Under the pieces are notes generated by a model. It was given only the letters and a program-made list of their open reading frames with translations. It made no database searches and had not been told where the DNA came from. Of a stretch of DNA of 64,000 nt, positions 14,650-30,904 are shown one piece after another. Both the position numbers and the translations under genes were made by a program. The stretch's first letter is position 1. Each line of letters starts with the position of its first letter. Source of the DNA: Vicugna vicugna (Eukaryota); the NCBI GenBank assembly GCA_013265495.1, contig MU058384.1:2109690-2173689 (forward strand), in the 5' to 3' direction.

Positions 14650-17600
14650 TGAAATTAATTTTATTAACCCAAATTTCCATTCATTATGGTTTTTAGCTGA
14701 TATGCATGATTCAGTGGAGTGCTTAGAGGAAAATGGTGGCAGGCTTTTCAATTTTTGTGTGCTTAATGGTGGAAAGAACTTTTTTTTAACCATTCGTATT
14801 TTCTAGTTATTTTAGTGAGAGAGAACTGTATGTTTTTAAAATCTGGTACATGTGTGTAAAGAAGCATTTTGTGACAGTTTAGTTGACTTGTTTTCATCTG
14901 CTAATTGAATGTATGTTTTATTAAACACATACTGCTATCAGTGTAATGACACTTAGTTACTATTTTATTTGTATGCCTACACATCATGTAGTATGTACTG
15001 TGTATGTAAATATACAGTGTCATCTTTTATTGTAACAGTCCAGATAGTATAGCTTTAATTTAATTAGTATGTTGAATTCTGTTGTGAGACTCAAGTTTAG
15101 TAAAACAATGCAGAGTTACTGGTCAAAGATTCCCATTGTGCAGGAGAGCCTCTGTCTTGTCTTCCTGTGGTTCACTGTGTTGCTTTGAAAATGCTACAAA
15201 GTTCACATCCTGATTTAAAAAATAAATTCTATCCCCATAGATTTAACTTCATATATGCTCCACCTGCCCCTCAAGTTATTTGAGACCTTCAAAACCTTAG
15301 CTGTTAATCATTCTTCTCACTGTTCACTCCTGCTTTTTCTTTTATTTTTTTTTCCGCTTTTTAAGAGAGGGACTTGCTCATAAGAACCTTTCAAAAGGGA
15401 AAGAGGAAGTAAGTAGGAAGGGGAGAAGAGTGTAAAGGTAGGATTTTTTTAAATGAGTTCAGTGGAAAGATGTGGAGAAATTGACAAGAGGCACTCAAAG
15501 ACAGCCAGCATTTATTAATTAAATGTAAAAATAGCCTTGTTATTTAATGTGGATTTGGGAGAAGTGGTATTTAAAGATAAAGACATCTTCAACATTTTAA
15601 GTTAATGGATTTTTGGGTGTGTTTTATAATTTTAAAGAATTTATATCTATTTGAAGTAGAATACTATTAGACTAAATTCAAGCAGATAATGTATTTAAGT
15701 GTTTTAAGTATTTACTTCATAATCTATTAATTATTCAGAGACCAATTAATAGGTAGCTTATCTGTGCCTTTGGCCTCTCTTACTACTTTGAGGACATTAA
15801 TCTTTGATTTTCATCTCTGAAAAACAGAGGAGAAATAAAAAGGCAACACTTAATTTTTGCTGCTTATTAGCAGCTATAATTAAAGTGTCTTGGGAAGTGA
15901 TAGTTGCTATAAGCTAAAAGAAAGTTTTAGGCCTGAGTTTCATTTCTCCATATTATTCTTACCTTCTACTTATGCAGTCAAGTTAATTTTGTTTAAAGTA
16001 CTTTATAGGGAAGGGGATAGCAATAAAGAGACTCTTTTACTCTCTAACCCTTAACAGATACTGAACATAACAATTCATTATGGTTATGATTTTTTGTCAG
16101 GCCAAGAAAGAACGTTAAATATAAAAATTTGGAACTCAGAGACAAAATAAATTGACTCATGACAGACAGGAAATTCAGAGAAATAGTTGACTTAATAACA
16201 GCAATGTTCTAGTAAGTTCTTGGAAATAATACCCAGATTTGTTAATTTCATCTCTCGTGTTTTAGATGTTATGGTTCAATACTTTTATTTCCAGTGTGGC
16301 AGGAGGCTCTAGGAAAAAAAATTAAAAATGGTTAATTGACATTCTAAACTTGAATTTAGACATGTAAATTTGATGAAGTTGGGAGTCTTAAATAGTTATA
16401 ATCTGGTACCTAGATACATCTTTTTTTCTTTTATGGTGGCAAACTTAAATCTAAATTTTGTTCCCAAACTAGTAATCTCACTTTAAACTTTCAATTAGTA
16501 GAATGCCCTGTTCCCACAGAGGGTCTGAGTTTCTTAACCTTCATATAATTCTTACCTGACCTTTTGCCTATCTATAGAACACAGCCTGTAGCCACAATCC
16601 CAAATGACCCTTTGCAAGGCTTATATAAATAGAGATTATAAATAAGTAAGGTCCATTCAGATTAGAAGAGAATCACACAGGAGAAAAAGAACACTATAGT
16701 TCTGGTACGTGTGTAGAAATACTTACTGGAATAATTTTTAAAAGCTAAAATTTGATAATTAGATATTTGCTTAATAAAATTTAAGTCTTTGAAAGCTCCA
16801 GACTATTCTGTAGCACTTAAAGACAGCTGTCAACAGTGCAGTGACCTCACATGCAAACTGAGATGGTTAATTACTAGGCTTCCAGAATTGTTATGAAATT
16901 GAGTTCCTGATATCTCATTGCCAGAAACTTTTACTTTTTTAATACTGCTTATCAGTTAATAGCTTCTGATGAATCTGTTTCTGCTAGGATAGTCTAGACT
17001 TATGAGAAGTGCAGTGCACTAGTCTTTGCCGTGATTTAGGTCTGATCTTTAGTGCTGCAGAATGTCTGAGTGTGAGAAGGGAATTAGTTCGATCACTGAT
17101 TATGCCCAGCCAACTCACCTGATTAAGTGGAGCCCCTTTCTAAGTGTCTGATATTCTCTGGGAATACAACGATGTCAAAAAAAATTCCAGTCTTAAGTAG
17201 ACCACAGCTTAATCATTGTAAGTTGATGACTGTAATATAGCTGATTGTGGTAATTATCTCGTGTAGCCGTGAACAAAACTGTGGGCAGAGAACTGTGGGC
17301 TGACTCAGCCCAGTATGTTTGGGGAAGTTTCTACACAAGAGGTTATGTTTGTGTGCTGAGTTTTGAATGAGACTCTGAGCTGGTAGAAGTAGGCAAGGAC
17401 ATTGCAGGCAGAGAGAATATCATGAGCAGTTAGTCCAGTGCAGAGTGTAGGGTAGATGTGTATGGGGGAGTGAGGGGGGGCTAAAGAATGTGGTTAGAAC
17501 CTGACTGGAAAGATCTTTGTGTGCTAGACCAAAGATCTGAACTTAATCTCATAGACACTGGGAGCTAACAAGAAGTACCGTGGTAGATGGGGGTGCCGAA

Positions 17601-20108
17601 GAAGTAGCTGGGGAAGTTCAGGCAACAATATGTAGGATTGTCGGGATCAAGATGAGCGCCTGAACTAAGTGACACAGGAACAGAAAGGAGGCAGGGCTGG
17701 ACTCAGGCAGACTGGATAGAAGGATGTAAGGCAAGTAGGAAATAGAGAGATATGAGCACACTAGAATAGTCAATAAAGTGCTGAATTGTATAAAATCAAG
17801 TATCTAAATACATGATAACATGTGCCGTGAGTGATTAGGAACAGGTTTCGTAAAGGCTTTGGGTGATTTGAAGAGGTAGAAGAGTTGGCTGAGCCTGCCA
17901 GTCAGTCTTTATACTTTTTTCTCTATTTTTAAATTTAGGAATGCTAATTTGGAGCAGAAAAAGTGTTACTTAGGCATCTTGTGGCTCAGGACTCAGAGAT
18001 TTATAGGCATTTATGGTTCTTCTTCATTGGGTGTTGAAATACTTAAAGCCAAAGCTCTTTATCCTGCTGCACATCACAGTCACAAACAGAGCTTCTGATC
18101 CAGTAGTCTGAGGTTGGGTCTGATTATCTGTGTAAAGCTCTTCCAGGAATTGCCTTGTCTACCAATAGTGGGATCCATTGGATTAAAGCTACTGCAGGCT
18201 TATAGCAGCCAGTAGTTGTATGACTAAAGTGTGCAACAGAAAATTGATTTGCTGGTACAGAAATTTCTACATGTTATTTAGAGGATGGATGGAACATTCA
18301 TGATTTTCTTTTCTTGGATCATTATTATAACATCCCTTTATTGAACTGGAAATATATGAAAAGGCTACTTTAAATATTTGTTGTAAGTTTTATAAATCTG
18401 ACTTTATACACATGCACAGAATATATATTAGATCAGTATTTTGAGGTAAAGCAGCTAATAAGTCTTCTTTGCTTGTTTTTTCCTAGTTTGTTTTGGGTTT
18501 AGAATAAGAACTTATTGTCTCATGAACTATCCTACTTTCTCCTTTAATCTTGCCTGATAATGTTAAATTTTGATTCTCATAGCAGTTATTTCTGCTATTA
18601 AAATTGTAGGTTAAGAAAACAGTAGAGTTACTCTTAAAGTCTTGTTTTTCATAACCATAACCATAACAGACAACATTGTGAGTGTGTTGTTAATAATTTC
18701 CTGAGCATGACTCATTATTATGTGAGAAATACGAACTTTCCTCCATCTATTATGTTCATCTTTATGATATGAGAATTGTAGGGGAGATGTTAGTTCAGAC
18801 TAATTTGATAATACATGAACCCTGTCCAGAATCTCACTGGTGTGGGGGCAGGAAATTACTGTAAATGCATTTATCAGTATAATTGCAGTAAAGAATTCAT
18901 TTGTTATAAGTGAATGTAGAGATTATAAGAGTAAGCCAAGGAGACCTGTCAAACAGGAGATGGTATACCAGAGCTGACCTTGCTCTAGTAGAGGTATGGT
19001 GTTACTCTCTAGCAGAGGTGTGGTAACACTGTCACCAAAACAGTGTCTAGTTTAAATTGCAAGGTCGTTATATGTCACACTAAGTTGTAAACTTAACTCA
19101 AAACTGTTCGAAATTTAGAGATCTCAAGTACAGTCCTTAGCAGCAGCACGTACAGAATATGAGCTGACTCCTCATGGGAGGAGCTGAGTTCCTGTCGCAG
19201 TGTTTTTCAGCTGGTGTGTTAAGCTAAATGCTTGATCCCATTCTGGCCCCTCCCCTAGGGGGCCTCAGCCTCCTGGGCCAGGGGCTAGGCCTACCTGGGC
19301 ATCCAGATGCGCCTTTCTCTTTTTCTTCCGTTTCTGAGAGGCTGCCATTTTCTTCCTTGCCTTATACACTTTTCAGTCTTCCCAAAAGTCTGTTCTACCA
19401 GTTCCTTTATGAACTCCATTAACTTGCCACTCATGTCTTAAGTTTAGGATTATGAGATGTATTATAGTCATGAAAAAGTTTAAGGAAAGTATTAAAGTTA
19501 AGAGTAGGACTCTTACTTATCCTGACTCTTAAAAAATGGGTTCTTTTGTGGAAGTTTTATGTATGAATTTTAAACAGTTCTATAGAACTAATCTATAGAA
19601 AGTATGTTTCATGACTGCTGTTACAATATGACAGGCATCTCATTAACTTTTTTTTATATATGGAAAAGAAAAGTGTCAGTTTTCTTGAGCAGTTTAGTGA
19701 AAATGAGTTCATCTGCTAATTAGTCTTTGGATTCTCATGAAATAGTTCGCTTTAATCTCCAAAGTTCAAATTTGTATAATTCCATCAGATCATTTCACAC
19801 TTTGCCTTTAAATGGTCTTTAGCTATATTTTTATAAGATCAGTTTTTTCCTCAAATCTTTAGTCACTCAAGGTTAAAATGTACTTTTTATAAAAGAAACT
19901 AAATTATTAGGCATATGTAGTAAAACTTGATTTTTTAAATATAATTCTAGAACTTTTTAATTAAAAAACCAATTTTCATGTTTGCCTTAGTGTGAATGAG
20001 AAACTCTATCCACCAGTTTTTAAAGTGTTACTAGTTTTGGTTATTTCATAATATCTGCTTGGCATTTTTTTCAATACAGAATTCTGTGTTTCCCCCATTT
20101 GTCTGTAG

Positions 20109-20249
<141 letters not shown>

Positions 20250-20918
20250 TAGCATCAAACTAGAAAACAGATTTCAAGTTCAGATTTCTTTTGTTAATTG
20301 TTATTTTTTAGCATAGTACTTTCTACAATGATATATTTATTATGTGTGTGTGCTTGTATATATATTTTAATTTATATTATAGTTGTAAAAAGCAAATTAC
20401 TGAGTTTATTAAGTTTTTAAATAAGGACATTTGAAAAATGTGACTTTTCTAATACACTGGGTTTCTGTGATCATTGTTGTGAATATACATTTAAAGTATA
20501 TTCAAGTTTTAACTGAAGAAGTATATGTTAAAATGAATTTTGGCTTTGAAATTGTGTATTTTGCTTGAACTCTTGAAGTTTCTCCTCATTTTAGATTAAA
20601 CTTTTTAGTTACAGTCTAAAAGGTAGATTTGTTTTCTGTTTATGTCAACAACATAAATTATTTATTTTACAGTCATTTGTGTGGTGATTTGTTTAACTAA
20701 TGACCCTTCAGGGATAAAATTAACAAAGTGTGAACATGCAGATTGACTTTTTCATTATAAAGTATCTTCTATTTGGGCAGGAAACAAAATTGTATATAAA
20801 CAGATTTAAATTTGTTCTGTTAAAATATTATTTTGTCTTAATGTTTCATGGATTTACCTACTACTTCTTTGGAGTATGGAAGTGAAGTCTTATACTGTGA
20901 GGTTTATAAATTGATTAA

Positions 20919-21062
<144 letters not shown>

Positions 21063-21344
21063 TGAAAGATAGCATTACGTCTTCCATTTGAAGTTTATTA
21101 AGTCTGGATTTAGAGTTTGAATAATTCAAATGTATAGCCATTTAATATTATCGTCACTGAGAATAATGTAGAGAATAGGGAGTCTTTTTAAATGCCCTGC
21201 CCTCTATATGAGTAAGTGGTTGCCCAGTGCCACCTAACCTTCTTCAAGGGAGGCCTGCTATTTGCCTCCCTCTCAGCCAGATTTAGTACATTGGCTCTAC
21301 CCCACTGGCTCCTTTGTTTCTCTCTGACAAGAAGTTGTGTATAT

Positions 21345-22197
21345 ATTCATTCACTGAGCCAGTGTCTTACATTCTGTAGGGAAGATGAGAAAAAGAAAAA
21401 AAAAAAAGTAACATATCTTAGGAGGTAATTAACACCCTGGATAAAAATGAAGTTGTGAAAGGGGAGAGAGAGACATTTTAAATGAGGTGATCAAAGAAAG
21501 CCTTACCAAAAGATGACATTTGAATTAAAACTTGAAGGAGACAAGGGATTCGGCTGTGTGAATATCTGAAGAGAAGACATTTAAGGCACAAGCAACAGCA
21601 AATATGAAGCTCTGGTTTAGGAAAGATGCCTTATTTACTTCTAGTGGGAACAGCAAGTAAACACCTGGAATAGAACTAGTTAGTAAATTTGGCAGGCATA
21701 GGCAGCAAGTGGGAGAGTAGTAACTAACTGCAGAGCAGTGGGAGACTGACTTTTACTGAGTAAGATAAAAAGCCATTAGAAGGTTTTGAATGGAGAAGTG
21801 ACTTAATCTGACCTTCTTTAACAAGATCATTCTGGCTGCTGTATTGGTAGTAGGCCAGAAGAAGGCAAGAGTTGAAACAGAGAACGATCCTTTTAGGAGA
21901 CAGTTATAATAACACAAGCAAGGAAAGATGATGGCTTGGCCTAGGATGGTAGCAGTAGAAGTGCTGAGAAGTGGTCGGGTTCTGGCTAGATTCTTGTAGA
22001 AGACCATAGGATTTGCGTGCCTATGTAATAGAGGATGTGAAAGAGCCGAGTCAAGGGTGGTTCAAGGGACTTAAGCCAGAGCAGCTAGGAAGTGAGGAAG
22101 TCTGTGGTAGGAGAAGGTTTGTGGGGTCAGAGTAGGAGTTCAGTTTTGGACATCTTAAGTTTGAGATGTCTATTAGAACATCCAAATGGAAATATGT
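21345..22197 (-). mobile_element. L2 LINE 3' fragment
   Basis: attcattca tail, then agatcattctggctgctgt, gagttcagttttggacat...gagatgtctattagaacatcc; approximate. Confidence 0.7.
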
Positions 22198-23061
22198 TAG
22201 TTTTAGCATCATTCTTGTACCAGTTAAATAAACTTGTCAGTGGTTTGACAAGAAAAGGGAAAGGGATACATTTTGAAACGAAACCAAACCAATTAACCAG
22301 TACCTTCCATTTATAACTCTTGAAAGGTATGTAGTAGTATTTCTTCAAATTATCCCTAGAGTATCTTTTAAAATTTCTTTATTGCATCACAAGTGTTAGT
22401 CTGCTGCTGAGATCCTCTGCTCCTTCCTAAGACGTTGAAGAAATTGAAAATGGTATTTTCTCAGGTGGAAAATTGGTACCCTCTGGCTCATTTCGTAAAT
22501 TGTATTATTGTCTAAGCACATTTTACTCCCTTGTCAAATTAAAAAGTTTTTACATTAATAATTTTTAAATTAGTTTTTTTACCTAAAGCATTTCTAATTT
22601 GTTCTTTAAAAATAAATTTTTATTCCAAAAATTATTCACACTTATTGTAAAAATGTAATAAAAATAAGAAAATAAAAATTATTTATAATCTCACTATTCC
22701 ACAAATAACCACAATTAACATTCATTGTCAACCTTAATCCTCATTCTGTGCATGTTATATTTTATATGAAATGAAGTTATAATATATGTACTATTTTGTA
22801 CCCTCCTTCCATGTAACTTATTTTTAACATTTGTCATTAAATATTAACTTTTTAAAATTGTAATTTGTTCTCTGTACATAATATTTTGTTGTAAATTAGC
22901 CCATTATTTATTTGATTTATATTTAATTTTTTAGTTAGTAACACTGTGATGAAATGTTAACCTGTTAGCTAATCTTTGAATGTCTCTGATTTGAAACAAT
23001 ACTTTAGTTGTATTTGTTTAGGGTATATAGAGTAAAAAGTGAAGAAATGATTATTAAATAG

Positions 23062-23202
<141 letters not shown>

Positions 23203-24137
23203 TAATATTTAAAATTATTTAAAACTAAATTATTCTCCATTCTTCAGTTCTTCATATCTCTAAAGGCTATTAGGTTACCTATTTACATATATAAATGGGA
23301 AATAATTTTGATTCTTTCCAACTTTAAAGAAAAATGAAAAGAGCCTTTATGTCTTCATCGTATTCTATAGAAGATTTAAAAAGGGCTAATAACTTCTTGA
23401 CAATGACAGTTTAATACAGTCCTTTTTGTAGCTCAGCAATGAGAATTTATTTAAGTAAAAAATGTGCAGATTTCCTTCATAGTCTTAAGGGCAAGTACCA
23501 AAAGAATTTGGAGTTTTAAAACATCATATGGAAGCACAGCTCAGTGTTGGGCCACCTACCCACCCTGAAGATCTGCATTACATACAACTTTTCAGGCACT
23601 AACAAAAAAAGATGTGGGATAGGGTAAGGACGTCAAGATCTGTCTGCAAGGGCTCCACTGTGTACTCAAAACTGTGCACAGGACAGAGCATCTTTCTCCT
23701 CTGCTTTTGGAGATACATGATTAGATGCTTTTGCCACACACCTGGAGGATATATAGAGAGACTGGTTATATAGACCCCCCTCCAAAGAGCTCACTCAGTC
23801 AGAAGGCTGTTTCTTCATATATCTTAGCATTCTCACTCATTTTGGATTTTAGTTCACTTTTTATTCCTATAAGTAAGGATCAGATTGCCAGAGTCCAAGA
23901 GACTCTTCAGAATATAGAAGACTTTGGTGACCAATAAGTGACCCTCGAGGGCGAGTTGAGTATGAGTATAATCACCTAAAATGAGATGGCCTGTGTCTGC
24001 AGGTATGGGCACCGCAGATAGTTGAACCAGATTTTACCTGAGCTCACCAAATTCCAAACTTTAAGTTGAAAGCTAACCATACCTGAAAGTAGAGCTTCTG
24101 TCTCTTTTTTTGAGTGCATTTTTTTTGCTATATATAT

Positions 24138-24418
24138 TTTTTTTTTTTATTGAAGTATAGTGAGTTTACAGTGTTGTGTCAATTTCTGGTGTACAGCACA
24201 ATGCTTCAGTCATACATGAACATACATTCATTTTCATATTCTTTTTCCCCTTAAGTTACTACAAGATATTGAATATGGTTCCCTGTGCTATACAGTATAA
24301 ACTTGTTTATCTATTTTATATATATTAGTATCTGCAAATCTCAAACTCCCAACTTATCCCTTCCCATCCCTTCCCCCTCTGGTAACCATAAGTTTGTTTT
24401 CTATGTCTGTGAGAGTTT
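24138..24418 (-). mobile_element. 5'-truncated L1 3' end (artiodactyl type)
   Basis: Poly-T then tattgaagtatagt...ccctgtgctatacag...ggtaaccataagtttgttttctatgtctgtga. Confidence 0.85.
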
Positions 24419-24708
24419 CCTTTTTTTTGAAAATTGGTTTTAGACTAATGTTACATTTAACTGAATGGGGGAAACTTGACACTCAAGTCTACTGTGAATT
24501 CACACTAATAACTTTCTTTAAATTTTTTGAAATTTTGTTAAATGTATAATTATACTTTATAAAGAAGATTATCTGCCATATTAAATAACTACTTGTTGAA
24601 TGCACATCATAAATGGTGCTCTTTATTCATCTTAGTACTTGTGTACCCTTTAGAGAAAGTGTCACATCAATAAGATTCTTTGCTGCTTAGCTAAGTTTGA
24701 CTGCTTAA

Positions 24709-24903
<195 letters not shown>

Positions 24904-25782
24904 TAGAGAACCAGAATATATAGTAAATTAAGTTAAATTAAATTAATTATTGAATATAAATTAAATATATGTTAAGTTAAAGATACACAATACTTATTTT
25001 ATTTTCTCTTAATATGTCTTATTTTTTGATATTTGTCTGAAGAAAAATTTTCAATTGAAAAGGTATCAAATGAGAGGGAATTTTTTTCTTTATGACTATC
25101 TAAAATGTGTTTGAGTTCAAATGATAAAGATGGGAACCTGAAGGATGCTACAAGAAATTTTAAAAGAATGGTGTGGAGATATCAAGGAAGGGAACTAACA
25201 CATCTTAAATTTGATTGACAAAAGAGAGAGAAGAGTCACAACTTCCTCCGAGGTTTCAGTTTTTATTTGGTCATATTGTTATTGCATTGATTGAAATAGA
25301 AAAGTTAAGTTTGGAGAGTGATAATGTTCTGTTTTGTATATTATGAGTTTAGAATGATGAGGAAAAAGGGAAATCAACAGGCCATTGGACTTGTGGGCCA
25401 AGAAAGATTGATATATTATTTGAGAATCATTTACATAGAAATAATAGACTGAAGTATTAAAAGAGAAAATTTGGAAATCTTCGTGTTTAATAGCTAAAGA
25501 GCAATCAGAAATATGGGAAGAAAACCAAGAATGTGTAGTATTACGGGAGCAGAGGAGAGCAAGTCAAGAGTGCCTCATGCAGTAGAACAAGAGAAATGAG
25601 GCCTGAGAAGAGGCCATGAGATTTGACCACATCTTGACAGTTTTACAGGAAATATATACTTTCCAATACTTACCAGACATTCTTCTGAATCTTTATCATT
25701 TGAACACATACATTCAGCCTGTCTGTTCTGCTAGCAAAGTAATGATATATTTACTAAAAAGAAGACTTACGTATTCACACAG

Positions 25783-25847
25783 GACAGCAACAGGCTGGAG
25801 TTGTTGCCCAACCTCCTGCAGTGCCTCCAAGACCACAGCCCTCACAG
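25783..25847 (+). CDS. REPS1: REPS1 exon ([22 protein letters not shown])
   Basis: cacag|GA...CAG|gtaatg; 65 nt. Confidence 0.92.
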
Positions 25848-27499
25848 GTAATGCTCCAAGGTGTTCGTTACTAAACATCGGTTATCATAATGCCCTTGGT
25901 CCTTGTCTGTTAGGTATTTGATTCTGTTCTAGAATTATTTTGAAGATCAGAGATTGCCCAGTTGTTATTAATGCACATTTAATTCACAGAAGCTAACTCT
26001 TATTTTAGAATGTAAGAAATCTAGTAACGTTTTAAGTTATTTTTTGAAAGAAGCTTAAGCGTGAACCAGAGGATAACATCTTGATAAAAAGGGTTTAGTG
26101 GAAAGAATGATAGGTTGGGAGCTAGGAGATGTCCATGTATGTTCTGGATCTAGCACTGAGTCAGAGTGACCTCACTGCGTCTCTCTGGATATGTTGCTGC
26201 GTCTGTGAAGGAAGTGTTAGATGACGTCTGCACCCCGGCCAGATCAGTTGTTTTCATCTGCATCAGACTATTTTCCAAGACAGATTCTGGATTATAGCTT
26301 AGTTTTATGTCACTGACTGACTGGCTACCTTTTGTATGAATGAATTTGGTTGATTTTTCTGACTTGGGGTCTTAAAGTGAAATTAGTTATTTGCAGTTAA
26401 AAACATGGTTTCTTATATCAGAGATAATTAAATTTTAATATTCCAGTATTTATTTTATCTAAAGTGCCAACAAAGATACTTTTTCTGGGTTAAGCTGTGA
26501 AACCCAGTGAGTTGGACTCTCAACTCTAGAACCAGTCTAGTTGGGAAGACAGACCTGTAAACAGCAGTTATAATAGAAGTGCTTACAGTAGACAGATTTA
26601 TAAAATGCTTCAGCATAGCGGTTCTAGCCAGTAAAGTCAGGGGTCATGATCACATTGAAAAGATCTAAGTAAAATGAAGGAAGTTTGACTTAAGCAGAGA
26701 CTTAGAAGAGAAAGTGGTATTTCTTGGGGAGAGGGCATTACAACCACAAGGAGTGGTATCCACAGAGTCATAAGGGTGTAAGGTAAGCCTGGCATATTCT
26801 TCAAGGAAAAGCCATTGAGTTCAGTACAACTAGAGTGATAGGAAAGGAAATTGAAGAGGTGGGGAAGAGGCAGAGCATCTCCTATAACATACTAAGAAGA
26901 TAGAATTTTTCTTACAAGATATAGAGAATTTTTAAATGATAAACAGGGAAGAGACTTCAGATTTATTCCTGTAGCATCCTGTACTTCCTCTGTCATAAAA
27001 CTTCTCACACTGTATTTTAATTCCTTGGTTACTTATTTCTTATCCTGCATTAGACTGTCACCTTTGTTAGGGAACAGAACTTATTTGTTTGTTCACATTT
27101 ATATCCATAGTGCTTGGCCAAAAGTGGATACTCAGTAAATTTATTTTGCAGTTCAAGATTTTAGAAGAATTGACATGGCAAAGGAGTGGAGGACAGATTG
27201 AAAGAAAGGGCACTGGAGTTATTGTTAGAGTACTGGTTTTTCACACTTTAAAAATAAGTCTCTTTTGAAACACTTTTAAAAATAACTTTCAAAGAACAAA
27301 CAATTATGCAGTAGCCCAATTAAAAAAATAGATGCAAGGGAAGAATCAGAAATTAGGAACAGATCTTCCTCTCCTTCGAAGCACTTTTCTTTGCAATAAG
27401 AATTTTGTAGAAGCAGCTTTTTAATTGAAGGTTTGTCATCTTAACTTTTTTTACTCTTAGCATTTCACTTTAAGTTTTTTTGGGTAGGTAGTACTGTAG

Positions 27500-27838
<339 letters not shown>

Positions 27839-28987
27839 TGATTTTCTGCCGCGAATCTTCTCATATCATGCTCATAAGCCTGTCTTTAAACAGAGGAGCT
27901 CCTAAAAGAGCAGATAATAGAGGGGACATTAGTGAGCAAAATTGCTGCTACTGCTGCTGCTTTTAGGGGATTTATATTCCCTAGGTCAGTGCTTCTCAAT
28001 TTCTTACTGGCCTCAGACACCGACTGGTTAGGTGTAAAATGCTTAATCAGAGTCAAAATCTGGGTGAGAGGTAGCTGTTGCAGGAAAAGATGCAAGCACA
28101 ACCATCTGGTCCTGGCTGAAACACTGCTCTGGGAGTTGAATCTTAATGTTTAGCATCTGATTATGTGATTTGGTGAAGATTTCTGTATAACAAGAGGCTG
28201 TGGTTACCATAGCTACACTCAGTTTGTATAAGATAGGTCACTTGATGGGGGTTGCATCTTAATGCTAAGTATTTGATTGTGTGATTTGGTGAAGATTGTA
28301 TGAGAATAAGTCACTTCAGTTAGACTTACAGACAACAGAGTACCAACATGGAATCTGTGCGGACTCTAGTTCTAGTAGCAAGAGCTTCTCTAGGGATCCC
28401 TGTCCTCACTGAGTGTAAATGTGGAGTTGGAGGGTACAAGGGAATTCTGGTGTCTGTTCTGATTGTCTCAGCTTATACTGAGCTTCTCTAATAGATCCAA
28501 AAATCTGCTTATTTGACTGGCATAATTTAGACAAAAGGTTTCTTATAGATCTGATCCATGGAAAATTTTCTACTAGCCAGTTCTTCAAACCTGTGACTTT
28601 CTTCCTGGCCTGAGGCCACTAGGGGAATGGGCTGTACCTCCAGGAAGGCAGAGTGGGCCTGAGGGGAGTACAGGTGTGCACAGAGTGCTGGTACTCATTC
28701 CCCTGGGATGGGTGCTTCCCCTCCCCCAACCAAAGAACTTCCCAGACAGTGCTGCATACTCAGCCCTCCCCCGCTTCAGAGATCTGTTACTTTCCCTCTC
28801 TGCCCTTCAGTAGTGGAGAACGATCATTTTACAAGGTTTTCCTCAAATTCCTTCTCATCTTCAGCTCAGATTTCTTATTGTTGGAATGACTATTTTCTAA
28901 ACATTGTACTGATTTGTTACATATATATTTATGCATATATGTATGTTACTTATATATAATTTGTAATAATAATATACTCATCTCTAG

Positions 28988-29101
<114 letters not shown>

Positions 29102-29559
29102 TAATACTGATCATTTTGTACATATAAAAAGTTAGATAACTTGAAAATCTTAGAAATAAAGTTAGAGCTCATCTATTCCCTTTCACTCCTTTAACCGTAA
29201 TATATTTAGTCTGTCTCAGAACAAGATCCGCCTGTTTAAAAATTCTAGGAGGTGATAGTCTATCATCTATATTAATGCATGCCACAGGTTCTCAAATTTT
29301 ACGTGGTTATTACATTCTTCAAAATATATAAAGCAGAACTTCCTTATTCATCATATTCAATTTGTTTTATTGCAGTTCTGAGTATAATAGGGAAAAATTA
29401 TCAGTTCTCTAAGGTTAATGTTATACTCTGTGCTTTTTTTCTTTAACTATCTAGGAATAATTTTTTCCAACAGTATGAAAATTTTTAAACGTACAGAGAA
29501 GTTGAAAGAATTTTACATTGTACATCAATAAACCCACACCTTGATTGTACTATACTTTA

Positions 29560-29730
29560 TTTTTCTTCCAGTCTTATTGAGATATAATTGACATACAACA
29601 CTATAAGTTTAAGGTATACAACATGATGTAACTTACATACATCATGAAATGACTATCACAATATGTCTAGTGAACATTCGTTATCTCATAAATACAAAAT
29701 TAAAGAAATAGAAATTTTTTTTCCTTGTGT
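29560..29730 (-). mobile_element. Short L1 3'-end fragment within an older L1M fragment
   Basis: ttattgagatataattgacatacaacactataagtttaaggtatacaacatgatg. Confidence 0.7.
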
Positions 29731-30490
29731 TAATATACTTGCTTTATATCTCCATCCTTCTCTCTGCATCAGTCCATCTTATCATTTGTTTGCATTTCAA
29801 AGTAAATTACAGGTATCAAGACACTTCCCCTTGAGAGAAAAATTTTTGTAACTTTTTTCAGTTATTGAGACATTCCTAATAGTTATTAAAACAGCATGTG
29901 TTTCTGGAAATGCTTAAATTCTACTTTCTGGACACTTTTTTTTTTAACTACACTAGTAGTTCTATGATTTTTTTTAAATTGTGAATTTTATTTTGTCACC
30001 TAATGGTAACAGATTAAAAGTAGCACTTAACCAAAGAGATGGCAGTTGACTATTTATTAACAGGTCAAGTCAGTTTATTGTAAATACCAAAATAGTATGT
30101 TTGATTCTGTTGAGTACAGATTCACAACTTCCAGTAAAATGTCCACTCATTTTCAAGAGTTATAATTACTGCACATTTTAGTGATAGGTTTTTAAAGAAT
30201 TGCCTAGCTTTCTACTTCTTTATAAATTGTTTTATTCATTAAGGTAATGTATCTTAGGATTTTTGAGTAGGAACTCCTATGGTGATAATAGATGCATATT
30301 TTTGCAAACTCCCCTTTATAGCTATTGAAAAGGTATACATTGAGCATGTATCATGTTTAGTTAAAACAGTATTATAGCCTTGCGTCACAATTTGGGCCTC
30401 AAGGAGCTTATGTCACCCTTTTTAAAAAATTGTCTAGTAGATACGTTTACAGTTGTGACGTCACTAGGAACATCTTTCCCATTGTAATTT

Positions 30491-30574
30491 TTTTTTAATG
30501 GTGGTACTAGGGATTGAACCCAGCACTTCATTCGTGCTAAGCATGTACTCTACCACTGAGCAGTCTGCCCCCCT
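30491..30574 (-). mobile_element. tRNA-derived SINE (camelid vic-1-like) with 12-bp TSD
   Basis: gggattgaaccc B-box and taccactgagc A-box (antisense); ccattgtaattt repeated at 30479-30490 and 30575-30586. Confidence 0.85.
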
Positions 30575-30754
30575 CCATTGTAATTTAAGTTAGCTATTGC
30601 CACAAATATATAGATTGTTTTAAAGTAGGACAAGTGACTCTTGAATTTTTGGAGAATGAATAGCTTAAAGAAAGCATATGATATTGGCAAAGTGCTAACT
30701 GACCATGAATGCTTTCAAGAAATACTCATTATAAATGGAACTCTTGTCTTCTAG

Positions 30755-30904
<150 letters not shown>

